A stretch of 64,000 nt of DNA from Candidatus Heimdallarchaeum endolithica (GTDB lineage: Archaea; Asgardarchaeota; Heimdallarchaeia; Heimdallarchaeales; Heimdallarchaeaceae). Shown one piece after another: positions 30,354 through 40,446 of the stretch (its first letter is position 1; the number at the start of each line of letters is the position of its first letter). The translations under genes and the position numbers were made by a program. The stretch lies in contig CP084167.1 of NCBI GenBank assembly GCA_021513715.1, forward strand, positions 704,001-768,000, written 5' to 3'. A model generated the notes under the pieces. That model did not search any database. It was not told the DNA's origin and saw only the letters and a program-made list of their open reading frames with translations.

Positions 30354-30608
30354 TTAGAAGACCTATTCCTAATTTTAGTTATTATTTGTTTTTTTTATGT
30401 TACTTAAACATTTTCCAAAATTTAAAATGAGTGTATACTCTACCCACGTAGGTAACAAATAAATAGAAAGTGGGTTACGAAGGTAAATGATGAATTATGA
30501 ATAAACCCGAACGTAACCTAGAAAGACTAAGAAAGATTGTGGTTAAAAAAACTTTGGAAGGCAAGAAGATAAAAAAGGTAGCTCACGAAGTAATAATAAA
30601 AAAAAGGT

Positions 30609-31514
30609 TTAATCAGTGATTGTAATAAACTCTATCTTTTCAATATTTAGAAAGCCAAGTTGAGAAAGTTCATTAACTATTGTTACAAAATCTTCAAAAG
30701 CTATATTTTTAGCTATTTTTTGTTGGTATACATCAAGTAAGGTTTTATGTTGGTTTCCTATACAGTGAGTAATAACTTTTTCATAACTAGAAAAGCTATC
30801 AATAGTTAGAGAATCTTTAATATTGCTCCACTGTCTTCTAAAAACTGAATAGAACTTTAAAGTTGAGTGGGGATAAGCACTTTTTGCATGCAATATCAAA
30901 TCTAATTCAAGAATTTCATCAGTTGAAGGATTCTTTTCTAAATTTGGGTCTAAATATAATATCAAGTATGACAACATTTCTTCATCTAACAAAATTATCG
31001 CTTCTAAAATTGAAGCTAGTTTAGATAACCATTCTTTTGCTCTTCCTTGTTCAATCTGTTTATTTACTTGAGCTTTAATATCAATATAACCAAGTTCAGA
31101 CTTTGATTCTACTTCCACTCCTTGACTTCCATCCAAGATGAATTTTGTTTGTCTTAATCTGTCATTTATTAATAATGTTTTCAAATTTTTAGCTTTAAAG
31201 CTCTTCAGTTTAGATATTTTTTTAGTAGAAAAATCTACTTTTTGTGGAGTCGGTATATTAAAAGAAGAAATCTGTTCAGCACTTGCATCAGTCCCTAGTT
31301 TTACAGGGACTTGTGATCTAACTGTTAGACTTTTATCAACATATAAAATTATTGCATTCAATTTTGAATCTTCACAGTTATGTAAATCCACATATTCTAT
31401 ATACCCTTTTGAATCTACTTCAGAATGAAGAGTTGGATCAACATAAATTACTCTTGTTTTTCTGCAAAGGTTACACTCGTATTCAATTTTTACTTTTTTA
31501 TTATGAATAGTCAA
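30609..31514 (-). CDS. Hypothetical protein with N-terminal CxxC...HxC Zn-binding motif
   Basis: YECNLC...DLHNC...LYVDKSLTVRSQ; possible C-terminal winged helix. Confidence 0.65.
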   Translation of the reverse strand: MTIHNKKVKIEYECNLCRKTRVIYVDPTLHSEVDSKGYIEYVDLHNCEDSKLNAIILYVDKSLTVRSQVPVKLGTDASAEQISSFNIPTPQKVDFSTKKISKLKSFKAKNLKTLLINDRLRQTKFILDGSQGVEVESKSELGYIDIKAQVNKQIEQGRAKEWLSKLASILEAIILLDEEMLSYLILYLDPNLEKNPSTDEILELDLILHAKSAYPHSTLKFYSVFRRQWSNIKDSLTIDSFSSYEKVITHCIGNQHKTLLDVYQQKIAKNIAFEDFVTIVNELSQLGFLNIEKIEFITITD

Positions 31515-31608
31515 ATATATTCAAACCCCAGTATATATTAAATCATTCTTTCAAAAAGATTTTATAAATCTTACTGGAGAATCAAACCCCTTTCTCAACT
31601 TTTTTACA

Positions 31609-32487
31609 CTATTCTTTACGAACAGTTTTTCTTGCGACTTCTTCTTCAGAATAATCTACAAGTAAATTATCTAAATCTTTTCGTTTTTGAACTAAAACAA
31701 AAACACCATTCCCTAACATTATTTGTCCTACATATACTTCAGATAGTTCCTTAGATTTTTCAATTATTTTTTTCACTTCATTTGTCTCCACACCACATCT
31801 TTCTGTGAAAAATTGTATGTTATGAGCAAAAATAGAAACAGAAGGATTTTTGTATAAGTTAGATAGAGCTTTTTGTCCTGCATTAATTATATTTTTCTTT
31901 TTTTTTGCATTTCTTATTATACTTTTGGTCTTCAAAGGTCCAAAGGTTTTTGTGGCAACAATATATTTTCTATCTTCAATTAAAGGCTCTGATATTCCTA
32001 TCCCAGGAGCTCCTTCTTTTCTTCTTAACTCCCATCCTGTTTGGTAAAGACCTATTACATCACCCAATCCTCCTCCTTCTATCACCTCTGCAATATGTGC
32101 TATTTGGAAGATTTTCTCTTTAGACAATCCTAAATCGAAAAATTCATTTAAACAAAAGGACAAACTTAATGCTCCAGCTGCACTTGCTCCAAATCCTGAA
32201 GAAAGAGGAATTTCAAAAGAATGTAAAACGTTCACCCCTAAAGTTTGAGCTTCAACATTCAATAACTTTTCATACTGATTCAGGACATTTTCACTAACTT
32301 TTGCTTCTTTTTTTTCAACACCATCAAAATAGATGTGATTCCCTTTTTCAGAGTCCTCAATTTCCGTTATCACTCCTCGATTGATCGAAAATCCTGCACC
32401 TTTAGAACCTATATATAACGGGTCAGTTTGATTATCACATATTTCAAAAATTCCTGTAATATGCCCAGCTACCCAGTATTTTACCAA
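31609..32487 (-). CDS. pok: Pantoate kinase (GHMP family)
   Basis: GHITGIF, GSKGAGF, PLSSGFGASAAGAL, AHIAEV..GGLGDV, GAPGIG; adjacent to panE. Confidence 0.9.
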   Translation of the reverse strand: MVKYWVAGHITGIFEICDNQTDPLYIGSKGAGFSINRGVITEIEDSEKGNHIYFDGVEKKEAKVSENVLNQYEKLLNVEAQTLGVNVLHSFEIPLSSGFGASAAGALSLSFCLNEFFDLGLSKEKIFQIAHIAEVIEGGGLGDVIGLYQTGWELRRKEGAPGIGISEPLIEDRKYIVATKTFGPLKTKSIIRNAKKKKNIINAGQKALSNLYKNPSVSIFAHNIQFFTERCGVETNEVKKIIEKSKELSEVYVGQIMLGNGVFVLVQKRKDLDNLLVDYSEEEVARKTVRKE

Positions 32488-32527
32488 ATTCTATCAATCC
32501 TTTCATTATTATCTTTTCATTAACTTT

Positions 32528-33535
32528 CTAAAGTTTTACAACTGATGGAATGGCTTTTAGTTCTATTATTCCTTGTTCTCTCGTTATTTTCTTCGTCTCT
32601 AACTCAATTATTAGGTTTACTAAATAGTTATTAAGTGGGAGAGTTAAACCGAGATTTTTTCCTAAGTGAATTATTGCACCATTGATATTTTCAATTTCTG
32701 TTTTTACTCCTTTATTAATATCTTGAAGCATACTGCAATAGTTTTCAGAGGTTGTTTTCATCACATTAAGAACTTTGTCATATGCTTGTTCAAAAGATAT
32801 TTCAACAAATTCTTGAGCAACAGGAAGAATCTCCTTTATTATACCTTTAACAACTTTTAGTAAGAATTCATTTTCCTTGATTTTTCCATTTTTAACTCCT
32901 AAAATTGCTCCAATAGGATTTATACATGAATTGACTATTGCTTTCATCCAAATCTCTTTTTGAATATTTTTAGATATTTCACAATCTAACCCCGATTTAT
33001 TTAATATCTCTTTCCAAAGAAGTATATTTGTTTGATTAGAATGATTTACAGGACCAATAAAAGTTTGACCTTTTGCTGTTTCTTCAATTATATTACCATC
33101 TTTTCTATTTGAACCTATAGAAGAAACTGCCCTAGTTATTTTCCATTTAGGATTAGCTTTAAAATAAAATTTTTCATTTTCCAACCCATTCTGAAAAATA
33201 AGAATTGAAGCTTCCTCAGATAATATTTCAGCTAAATATGGAGCAAGAATTTTATTATTATAACTTTTTGTGGCCACAATACATTTTGATATTTTACCTT
33301 TAAACTTTTCAGGTAATCTAGAATAAACATTAGGATAATAACGTTTTGGAGCAATATGTTCTGATAATTTCACAGATATTCCTTTTTCTAATGCTAGTTG
33401 AGTACCTCTTTCTGAAGTTAAACTTATACATTTGAAAATACCGAGAGAATCAATCCGAACATAAAGAACACTTCCAATTGCTCCAAGTCCAGCCACTAAA
33501 AGTAAAGGTTTGTTACTCACAGCTTTATAATTCAA
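32528..33535 (-). CDS. panE: 2-dehydropantoate 2-reductase
   Basis: GLGAIG, TKSY, QNGL, WMKAIVN..NP, SMLQD..TEIENING. Confidence 0.92.
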   Translation of the reverse strand: MNYKAVSNKPLLLVAGLGAIGSVLYVRIDSLGIFKCISLTSERGTQLALEKGISVKLSEHIAPKRYYPNVYSRLPEKFKGKISKCIVATKSYNNKILAPYLAEILSEEASILIFQNGLENEKFYFKANPKWKITRAVSSIGSNRKDGNIIEETAKGQTFIGPVNHSNQTNILLWKEILNKSGLDCEISKNIQKEIWMKAIVNSCINPIGAILGVKNGKIKENEFLLKVVKGIIKEILPVAQEFVEISFEQAYDKVLNVMKTTSENYCSMLQDINKGVKTEIENINGAIIHLGKNLGLTLPLNNYLVNLIIELETKKITREQGIIELKAIPSVVKL

Positions 33536-33581
33536 TACATAATAAAAAATTTTTATTTAGATACTAAATATTAGTAAAAGA

Positions 33582-35681
33582 ATGAGTAATACTGATGAAA
33601 AAATAGAGATTTTTAATACACTTTTTTTAAAAATCAAAAAACACATACTAGAAAGCAACATAACTATAGAACTAAGATTAAACGAAAGAGAAGTATTGCT
33701 CAATTCATTTATTATTTCAATAAAGACACTTCTTGTTAGAGAATTGTTTTTTAAAGAAGGAAAAGGGGATATAGGAAAAAATATAGACTTATACCTTAAA
33801 TTCAAAGAAATAGATTACATTTTTAGAGAAATATTTATTGATAGTTATATTACAAAAACTGATTTAGAAATCATAAAAGAAAAATCAATCCAGAGAATAA
33901 TAACTCAATATATAGAAAATAAAGACTTGATAGTTCAAGATATTGCCGGAAAAGATCTATTTTCACAAATATATGAAAGAGCTCTCAGCAAAAGTGAAAA
34001 AAATCAGTTAGGTTTATTTTATACTCCAGAAACTATTGTTAACTTTATCTTAAACTTAGTAAAATACAACTCCAATTCAGATATTATAGACAAAAAAATA
34101 CTTGATCCCAGTTGTGGATCTGGAAGCTTTTTGGTTAAAACTGTGAATAGGTTATTAAAAGCGTTAAAAAGAGAAAAGTTGGATGAATGTAAAATATTAT
34201 TTAAGATTATAGATGCTGTTTTTGGAATGGACATCGATCCTATCGCAATTTTCCTTTCTAAAACTAATATCCTATTGCAAATTTTTCCATTATTTCTGGA
34301 ACTTTACAAAAAAAGAACTTTAACCCAATTTCCTTCTTTGAATATTTATTGTTTTGATTCTTTAAACAAAAAAAGCTATAACACTGACTCAATTCCTTTT
34401 AAGATAATAAATCGAAAAAATGAATTTATTTCTGGTTTTGACTTCGTTGTTGGAAATCCTCCTTACATCGAATCAAAAAAGATGAATATTGAAACAAAAA
34501 GAAAATGCAAAGAAAATTTTCCTGAAATTAGCAAAGGAGCTTTTGATATATATATATGCTTTATTCAGTTAGGTTTAGATTTACTTAATTGGAATGGAAA
34601 ATTAGGATTTATTATCCCAAACAAGTTTCTTTCTGCAAATTATTCTAAAGGACTAAGAAAAAGAATTATTTCTGAGTTTGATATTCTACATTTGGTAGAT
34701 CTTTCTTCTTCTAACATTTTTAAAGATGCAAGTGTATATCCAATAATTATTTCTATTAAGAAAAGGAAATTTAAGTTGGAAATAACAACAAATAATATTT
34801 TGATTAGTAAACTTGAAGGCCAAATTAAGAATATTGAAGAAATAAGAGGAATATCAATTGAACAATCTTTTTTTACAAAAACAGTGAACAACTTTATTTT
34901 CTCTTTTCCCAACGAGTTAAAGGAAGCTGAACTTGTTAAACGCTTAATCATAAAAAGCCCTTTAAAACTAGGAAACTTTCTAAAAATTAGATGGACAGTT
35001 TCTTTTCACAAGAAAGGGTTAAGAGAACAATTTGTTTTTACAAGAAATGAAGATGGTACATTTAGAAAAATCCTGGGAGGAAAGAAATTTGGAGGAAATT
35101 CTGAAGTTAAAAGATATATGATCCAGTGGAATGGATATTGGATTGACTATAATAGAGAAAAAGCAAAAGAGATGAATAATCCTTTTCCTCCTTTAAGATT
35201 ATTTAATAATGAAAAAATAATCATTTGCCAGAATAGTAAAAGAATAAGAGCTGTTCTCGACAAAGAAGGCTTTATATGTAAAGATATTTTCTTTGTAGGT
35301 AATACAACACAAAAAGCACATAATTCAGAAATTTCTTATGAAGTCATTTTATCTGTAATTAATAGTAAAATAATGAGTTATTTATATGATCGTATCTTTT
35401 CCAGCACTCATGTCTCTGGAAGATATTTACACTATTTACCTACCTATTTACACTCTCTTCCATTCCCCAAATTGTCTGAAGAGGAAAAAAAACAGTTACA
35501 TGAACTTTCAGAAAAAATAATGGAAAAAGAGATCACTGAAAACGAATTTATGAAAATAGATGAACAAATAGATAAGATTGTTTACAATGCTTTTAGGTTA
35601 GAAGATTATGAAATAGAAATAGTAGAAAAATTTGTTTCATCACATATGACTTTAAGAAAAACAAAAGATATTAGGAAATAA
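33582..35681 (+). CDS. N6-adenine DNA methyltransferase (Eco57I/TaqI-like, gamma class) with C-terminal target-recognition region
   Basis: GLFYTPE, LDPSCGSGSF, FDFVVGNPPY; no cognate endonuclease next to it. Confidence 0.9.
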   Translation: MSNTDEKIEIFNTLFLKIKKHILESNITIELRLNEREVLLNSFIISIKTLLVRELFFKEGKGDIGKNIDLYLKFKEIDYIFREIFIDSYITKTDLEIIKEKSIQRIITQYIENKDLIVQDIAGKDLFSQIYERALSKSEKNQLGLFYTPETIVNFILNLVKYNSNSDIIDKKILDPSCGSGSFLVKTVNRLLKALKREKLDECKILFKIIDAVFGMDIDPIAIFLSKTNILLQIFPLFLELYKKRTLTQFPSLNIYCFDSLNKKSYNTDSIPFKIINRKNEFISGFDFVVGNPPYIESKKMNIETKRKCKENFPEISKGAFDIYICFIQLGLDLLNWNGKLGFIIPNKFLSANYSKGLRKRIISEFDILHLVDLSSSNIFKDASVYPIIISIKKRKFKLEITTNNILISKLEGQIKNIEEIRGISIEQSFFTKTVNNFIFSFPNELKEAELVKRLIIKSPLKLGNFLKIRWTVSFHKKGLREQFVFTRNEDGTFRKILGGKKFGGNSEVKRYMIQWNGYWIDYNREKAKEMNNPFPPLRLFNNEKIIICQNSKRIRAVLDKEGFICKDIFFVGNTTQKAHNSEISYEVILSVINSKIMSYLYDRIFSSTHVSGRYLHYLPTYLHSLPFPKLSEEEKKQLHELSEKIMEKEITENEFMKIDEQIDKIVYNAFRLEDYEIEIVEKFVSSHMTLRKTKDIRK

Positions 35682-35830
35682 TTGACTGCAGATAGATACA
35701 AAACATTTGTTCTCATTTTTAAATAAAAAAATTGAATTTACTTTTGATAACTATTTAACTCACAACTCACATAAAACAAACAATGATAGTAGAGAGTTAT
35801 TTATTAAAAAAATAAATTAAGAAAGGGATA

Positions 35831-36881
35831 TTAGCCCATTTCTTTCTTAACTTTCTCTGTAATTTTATCCAAAAATTCTAATAGTGCAATTCCTAAGGTC
35901 ATTTTTTTTTGAGACAGATCAAGTAAAGAGATTGTTCTTCCTAAGGCAGTTTTTAGTATTTCAAGTATTCTAGTTTTTGATATGTTAATTTTTTCCCTAC
36001 TTTGAGACATAGCAAAAGAAATAATACAATCATTCTTGGTTTTCTTTATCAAGGTTTCTAGGTCATTGATTCTTATCTCTCTTTCTTTGTTATTTGAAAA
36101 GTTAACAAAGTAAAGTATTCCTGTTAAATTATCATTAAGGTATTTACTAATATTAAAACTTAGGCTATCTCTTTGTACGGCTGTGACCTTGATATTTGAT
36201 AATTTCAACTTGGTAACATCTTTTTCTCTTTCAAAAAATGTTACTATTTCACTATTAGACTCAAGAACAGTTTTTCCAATTATTTTGGTCATAACCTTGT
36301 CTGTTTCATAAATTAAGATATCAGTCTCTTTCTCTGAATAATTAGCTACATTGTACAATAGTTTTATACTTTTACCTATTACAACATTTGCTTCTTCTAA
36401 TTCTGACAACTTAAAACTAGTTTGTGATTTTATTAAAGATTCTTCAATAATTCTACTTAGATTAGCTAAATCTTTCTTTGAAATCTGATCGACATCTGTA
36501 AATAGAGATACCCAAGAGTCGATATCTTCTCTAACTTTTTCCCTTGCTTTTGCAATAAGAGCATCAAAAGAAGTAGGAAAGAATATAATTAAGAAAGCAT
36601 GAACAAGGTTTTCATGACCAACTACTCTTGAATCTTTTACAGAGTAATTCTTAATAGAAAAAGTATATAAAAAAGCAGGTATTCTGTATGATACGCTACT
36701 GGGAGATGACCATAAAGAGCTCCTTACTCTCACATATATTTAGGATAACAGAATAATAATTGGCAATGTTTAGTAAATCGTGATATGTAATATTTGGAAT
36801 TTTAGGATCGTGATAAACTTACATACCAAGGTCAGTGAAAGTACTTATAACAGAATAGAATTTGTTTCGTATATCTAACAT
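35831..36881 (-). pseudogene. Degraded Asgard-type GTPase-associated protein gene
   Basis: ATG at 36881, in-frame TAA after ...FTDLGM, then two frameshifts linking GALYGHLPVAY and AFLYTFSIK..KDSR to ORF 35831-36733. Confidence 0.65.
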
Positions 36882-36886
36882 GTTTT

Positions 36887-37470
36887 TCACTTCCTTACTT
36901 TTACTTCTTCGATTTTACTTATTAACCAGCTCATTGCATCTTCAATGCCATAACCATATTTTGCTGAACTTGGAATAATGTTAAAAATTCTTCCTATTAG
37001 ATTGCTAAGATCATATTGTTCTACAGCTTATTGAACAGTAAGTGGATTTTCTTCTGTTAAATCTTGTTTATTGATAAGGATTAACAAAGGTTTTTGCTAT
37101 CTACTATTGATAGCATATAATCAAAAGAAAAACGAGAAATCTCAAAAGTATCACTATCAGAAGATGGTTTAACTGTTCCATCAATAACATAAATTATTAC
37201 ATCTGATTGAGAAACTCCCAAAGCCCATAAGCTTTCACGATAAAGATCTTGTCCATCTACATCAATTGCAGATAGTTCCCAATCAGCAATCTTCATTGGT
37301 TTTTGCCTAATATCGATACCTAGAGTTGTTCGAGGATTATCAAACACAGGTTGTCCTGTTTCTAAATATCTAACTAAAGTAGTTTTCCCTGCAACTGAAG
37401 CCCCCAAAAGAATAATATTTGCTTTTTTTGAAATGTTTTTCTTTAAAAAAATACTTCACAGCCAACTCAT
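36887..37470 (-). pseudogene. Arf-like small GTPase pseudogene
   Basis: MSWL*SIFLKK N-terminal helix, G1 GASVAGKTT, G2 TTLG, G3 DVDGQ, frameshift near 37095, G4 NKQD, second stop (TVQ*A), G5 SSAK. Confidence 0.85.
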
Positions 37471-37625
37471 CAAGCTCAGTTAAAAAATCTAAAACCCTTT
37501 TAAAAACATTCTTTTATTCCAAAATACTACTGAAAAATTTCTGAGGTTACTTAAAATTTCTAAGAGAGTTTTCTTCTTATTTTAATCAGAAAAGGTTAAA
37601 ATTATAAAAAAATAAAATGTAATTA

Positions 37626-39356
37626 ATGTCAAAAAACCAAAACTCCCAACAGACAAACTTTAAACAAAAACAAGAACAAAATAATAAAGATAAAAGTTCT
37701 ACTGAAGAGAAAAGTCAAAAAAAAGAAAAATGGTTCATTAGATGGTTATTTAGTTTTTTGTCAGTTTTTTTTGCTATTATCTCATTGATAGGTAGTTTTA
37801 TCTTATTAATCTATGATATTTTTGTTCCTAGAACATTAAGAGAGCTAGTACCAATCCTAAATATGTTTAGAAAGTATATTCTAGTTGCTGCAGAGCTTTT
37901 TTCAGGTAAAAAAAGTAAAGAAGTAGCTAAAGTTGTTTCAGAACTAGAAGAAATAAAGATGAGAGAAGAAAAAATGATGAAAAACTATCCTATTCGTAGA
38001 GGGATAGGAGAAGCAATTAATCTTGGTTTGCATCCAGTAATCATTTTTGCCATTCCTACAGCGATTTGGGGAAAAAATCTTCATCAATTGTTTGAAGGTT
38101 GGGGAATTCCTGTTTCATTAGGAATCTTATTATTTGGAACAGGACTTTTATGTATTTCTTGGATTGCTACTATATTTGGACCTATTTATGCATTATTTCA
38201 TGAATGCAGTATTTTTATGCTCAAAAGAGGATCATACAGATGGGCAGAGTTTTTTCAAGATTTAGAAAATCTTTTTGCTTTACCTTATTACACTGCAAGG
38301 TCAAGTTTTAGTATTCTTGATGCGCCACCAATATCTGCAGAAACTTTGGAAGAATTTAAGTTAGATATAATGGATGATGTAGGAGAAATAAAAAGTAGGA
38401 TTGCAGATATTCTTTCTCTTGATGCTACTCAAGTCCCAGAAAGGTCCAAACAAATGTTACAAGAACTGCTAATTGAAACTCAACAATCTTTAGGTTCAAT
38501 AGATATATCTGAAATAAAAGAAGTTACTGCAAGACAATTTGCACTCCTCATTTGGAATAAAGAAGGGTCAATGTTTCCTTGGAGAAGAAATGAAGCATTA
38601 GAAGAGTTTGCAGAAAAAAATAATATGTCTGTAAAAGAAGCAAAGAAAACTATTCAACTTATCGTAAAAAAAGCATTAGAAGGATATACATCCAAAGATC
38701 TCTATTTTAGTATAATGATATCTGGAGCTCTAAAAGGAATTGCAGAACTAGAAGAAAAGTATAAGCAATTTATGAGTGACATAGAATACACTTCTACTGC
38801 ATTATCTCTATCTTTGGGAGCTCAACAATACATCTTAGATAGATTTACAGAAAAGCTTTTTTACAAAAAATTACTAAAAGTGATTGCAGACTTTTTTATA
38901 GCATTATTTTTACCATATGTAATGCTATTAATTGTTATTTTTAGATACTTTAAACACGTAGTAACCCAAACAATAAAAAATATAATTAGTATTAAAGATT
39001 TGAAGAAGAAAAGAATATTTAGAAACAAAGTAAAAGAAATTAAGGAAACTTTATCCAGTTCCTATTATTCTATTGGAGATAAAAAATTTAGCCTAAAAGA
39101 TGCTTTTGACATCGATTTTGGAGAATTTTTCAAAAAACTAGGAAAAGTAATAGTGAAAATTATTTTGCTAGTTCCTCTCCTCTTTTGGAGTTTTTTAAAA
39201 GCTATTTACATACGTATCCAGAAATTGTTGAGAAGAAGAACAGAAGAAGAAAAAAGCAAGAGAAAATTTGAGAAAGAATTAGCTACGAAAACTTTGGTTG
39301 CAATGTACGATGAACTTTATGAAAAAATCGTTTTAAGCAACTTGTACTACACATAA
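37626..39356 (+). CDS. Hypothetical multi-pass membrane protein
   Basis: 576-aa ORF with ~5 hydrophobic segments. Confidence 0.65.
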   Translation: MSKNQNSQQTNFKQKQEQNNKDKSSTEEKSQKKEKWFIRWLFSFLSVFFAIISLIGSFILLIYDIFVPRTLRELVPILNMFRKYILVAAELFSGKKSKEVAKVVSELEEIKMREEKMMKNYPIRRGIGEAINLGLHPVIIFAIPTAIWGKNLHQLFEGWGIPVSLGILLFGTGLLCISWIATIFGPIYALFHECSIFMLKRGSYRWAEFFQDLENLFALPYYTARSSFSILDAPPISAETLEEFKLDIMDDVGEIKSRIADILSLDATQVPERSKQMLQELLIETQQSLGSIDISEIKEVTARQFALLIWNKEGSMFPWRRNEALEEFAEKNNMSVKEAKKTIQLIVKKALEGYTSKDLYFSIMISGALKGIAELEEKYKQFMSDIEYTSTALSLSLGAQQYILDRFTEKLFYKKLLKVIADFFIALFLPYVMLLIVIFRYFKHVVTQTIKNIISIKDLKKKRIFRNKVKEIKETLSSSYYSIGDKKFSLKDAFDIDFGEFFKKLGKVIVKIILLVPLLFWSFLKAIYIRIQKLLRRRTEEEKSKRKFEKELATKTLVAMYDELYEKIVLSNLYYT

Positions 39357-39357
39357 T

Positions 39358-40326
39358 TTAATCTGGGAGAAAATCAGGATAATAAACAAGTTCATCTAAA
39401 TCTCTTGGAGGAGCATGAGCTATGAAGCCATCTTGATAAGCTAAAGGGTAAAAGACTTGCACTTTAGAGTAAAGAGTAGGATAATCAATAATCATTACAA
39501 TTTTGTTCTCTTTTGTAAGTAATTTTAGCAGCGAAATAACTTCTCCAATAACTTTTTCAGGACGTCTGATATTATTTAAAAAATAAAGATCTTCTCTTCC
39601 AATTCCATCAATCGCTTCTCTATAACTATCATTTTCCAACAGTAGTTCTCCGTTTTGGGGAATAACTAAAAATCCTTGTTTCTTTGATTTTGCATAATCA
39701 CTGAGTGAAATAACAAAATCAATCATTTCTTCTTTAGCGGTAGGTCTTTCTTCTTCATAATATTCAAAAGCATCAATAATATCTAAATAACAACCATCAA
39801 AACCTGCAGCAATTATTCTATCTAAATAACTCTCATTTGTACCAAAAATGATTTTCTGCCAATCAAGATTCCAATATTTTACTTTATAATTACCCTCCCA
39901 GTCAGGGTTCTCAATATCTAGCCACTCAGGAGCATTATCATCTGGAACTCCATCATTATCTGCATCCCAATTATTATCCCAATAAAAACGATAAGTTTCA
40001 GCTTCTCCTATACTCATATAACTAAGAAGTATTTTTCTTTCATTTCCTTCTCTCATATACGTAACTTGGCTAAAATTATATTCTAGTTCTTCACTTCCAT
40101 CCGCTGAATAATCAATAATAATGAGGTCGTATTTAGAGTTAGAAATTTCATCAATATCAATATTTTGAAGCTGATAAGCAAAATCATTAACAATAAAACC
40201 ATTAACACTAAATTGTGGAGGTGTTTGAGGTTCAATATTAGGAACGTAAAAGAAATAAAAATACAATCCAGTAACTAGTAACAGAGAAACAATCAGAACT
40301 GTTAATAAAATTAAACTTTTTTTCAC
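39358..40326 (-). CDS. GH114 / MJ1477-TM1410 family glycoside hydrolase (endo-alpha-1,4-polygalactosaminidase-like)
   Basis: YQLQN, YMSIGEAETYRFYW, ENPDWEGNYKVKYW, GFDGCYLD, PQNG. Confidence 0.88.
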   Translation of the reverse strand: MKKSLILLTVLIVSLLLVTGLYFYFFYVPNIEPQTPPQFSVNGFIVNDFAYQLQNIDIDEISNSKYDLIIIDYSADGSEELEYNFSQVTYMREGNERKILLSYMSIGEAETYRFYWDNNWDADNDGVPDDNAPEWLDIENPDWEGNYKVKYWNLDWQKIIFGTNESYLDRIIAAGFDGCYLDIIDAFEYYEEERPTAKEEMIDFVISLSDYAKSKKQGFLVIPQNGELLLENDSYREAIDGIGREDLYFLNNIRRPEKVIGEVISLLKLLTKENKIVMIIDYPTLYSKVQVFYPLAYQDGFIAHAPPRDLDELVYYPDFLPD

Positions 40327-40446
40327 AACAATAATATGGATAAAACCATTATTAAATTTTAAGAAAGATACTATTAACTTTTTATTATTTATATTTGAAT
40401 TGGAAAAAAAATAAGATATTTTAGATTATCAAAGGAAAGAGAATAG

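Noticed and set aside
4952-37470. Several in-frame TAA/TGA codons suggesting stop-codon recoding or selenocysteine
   Set aside because: TAA and TGA terminate ordinary genes throughout the window, the implied residues are inconsistent, and in the GTPase operon the stops co-occur with frameshifts; pseudogenisation is simpler
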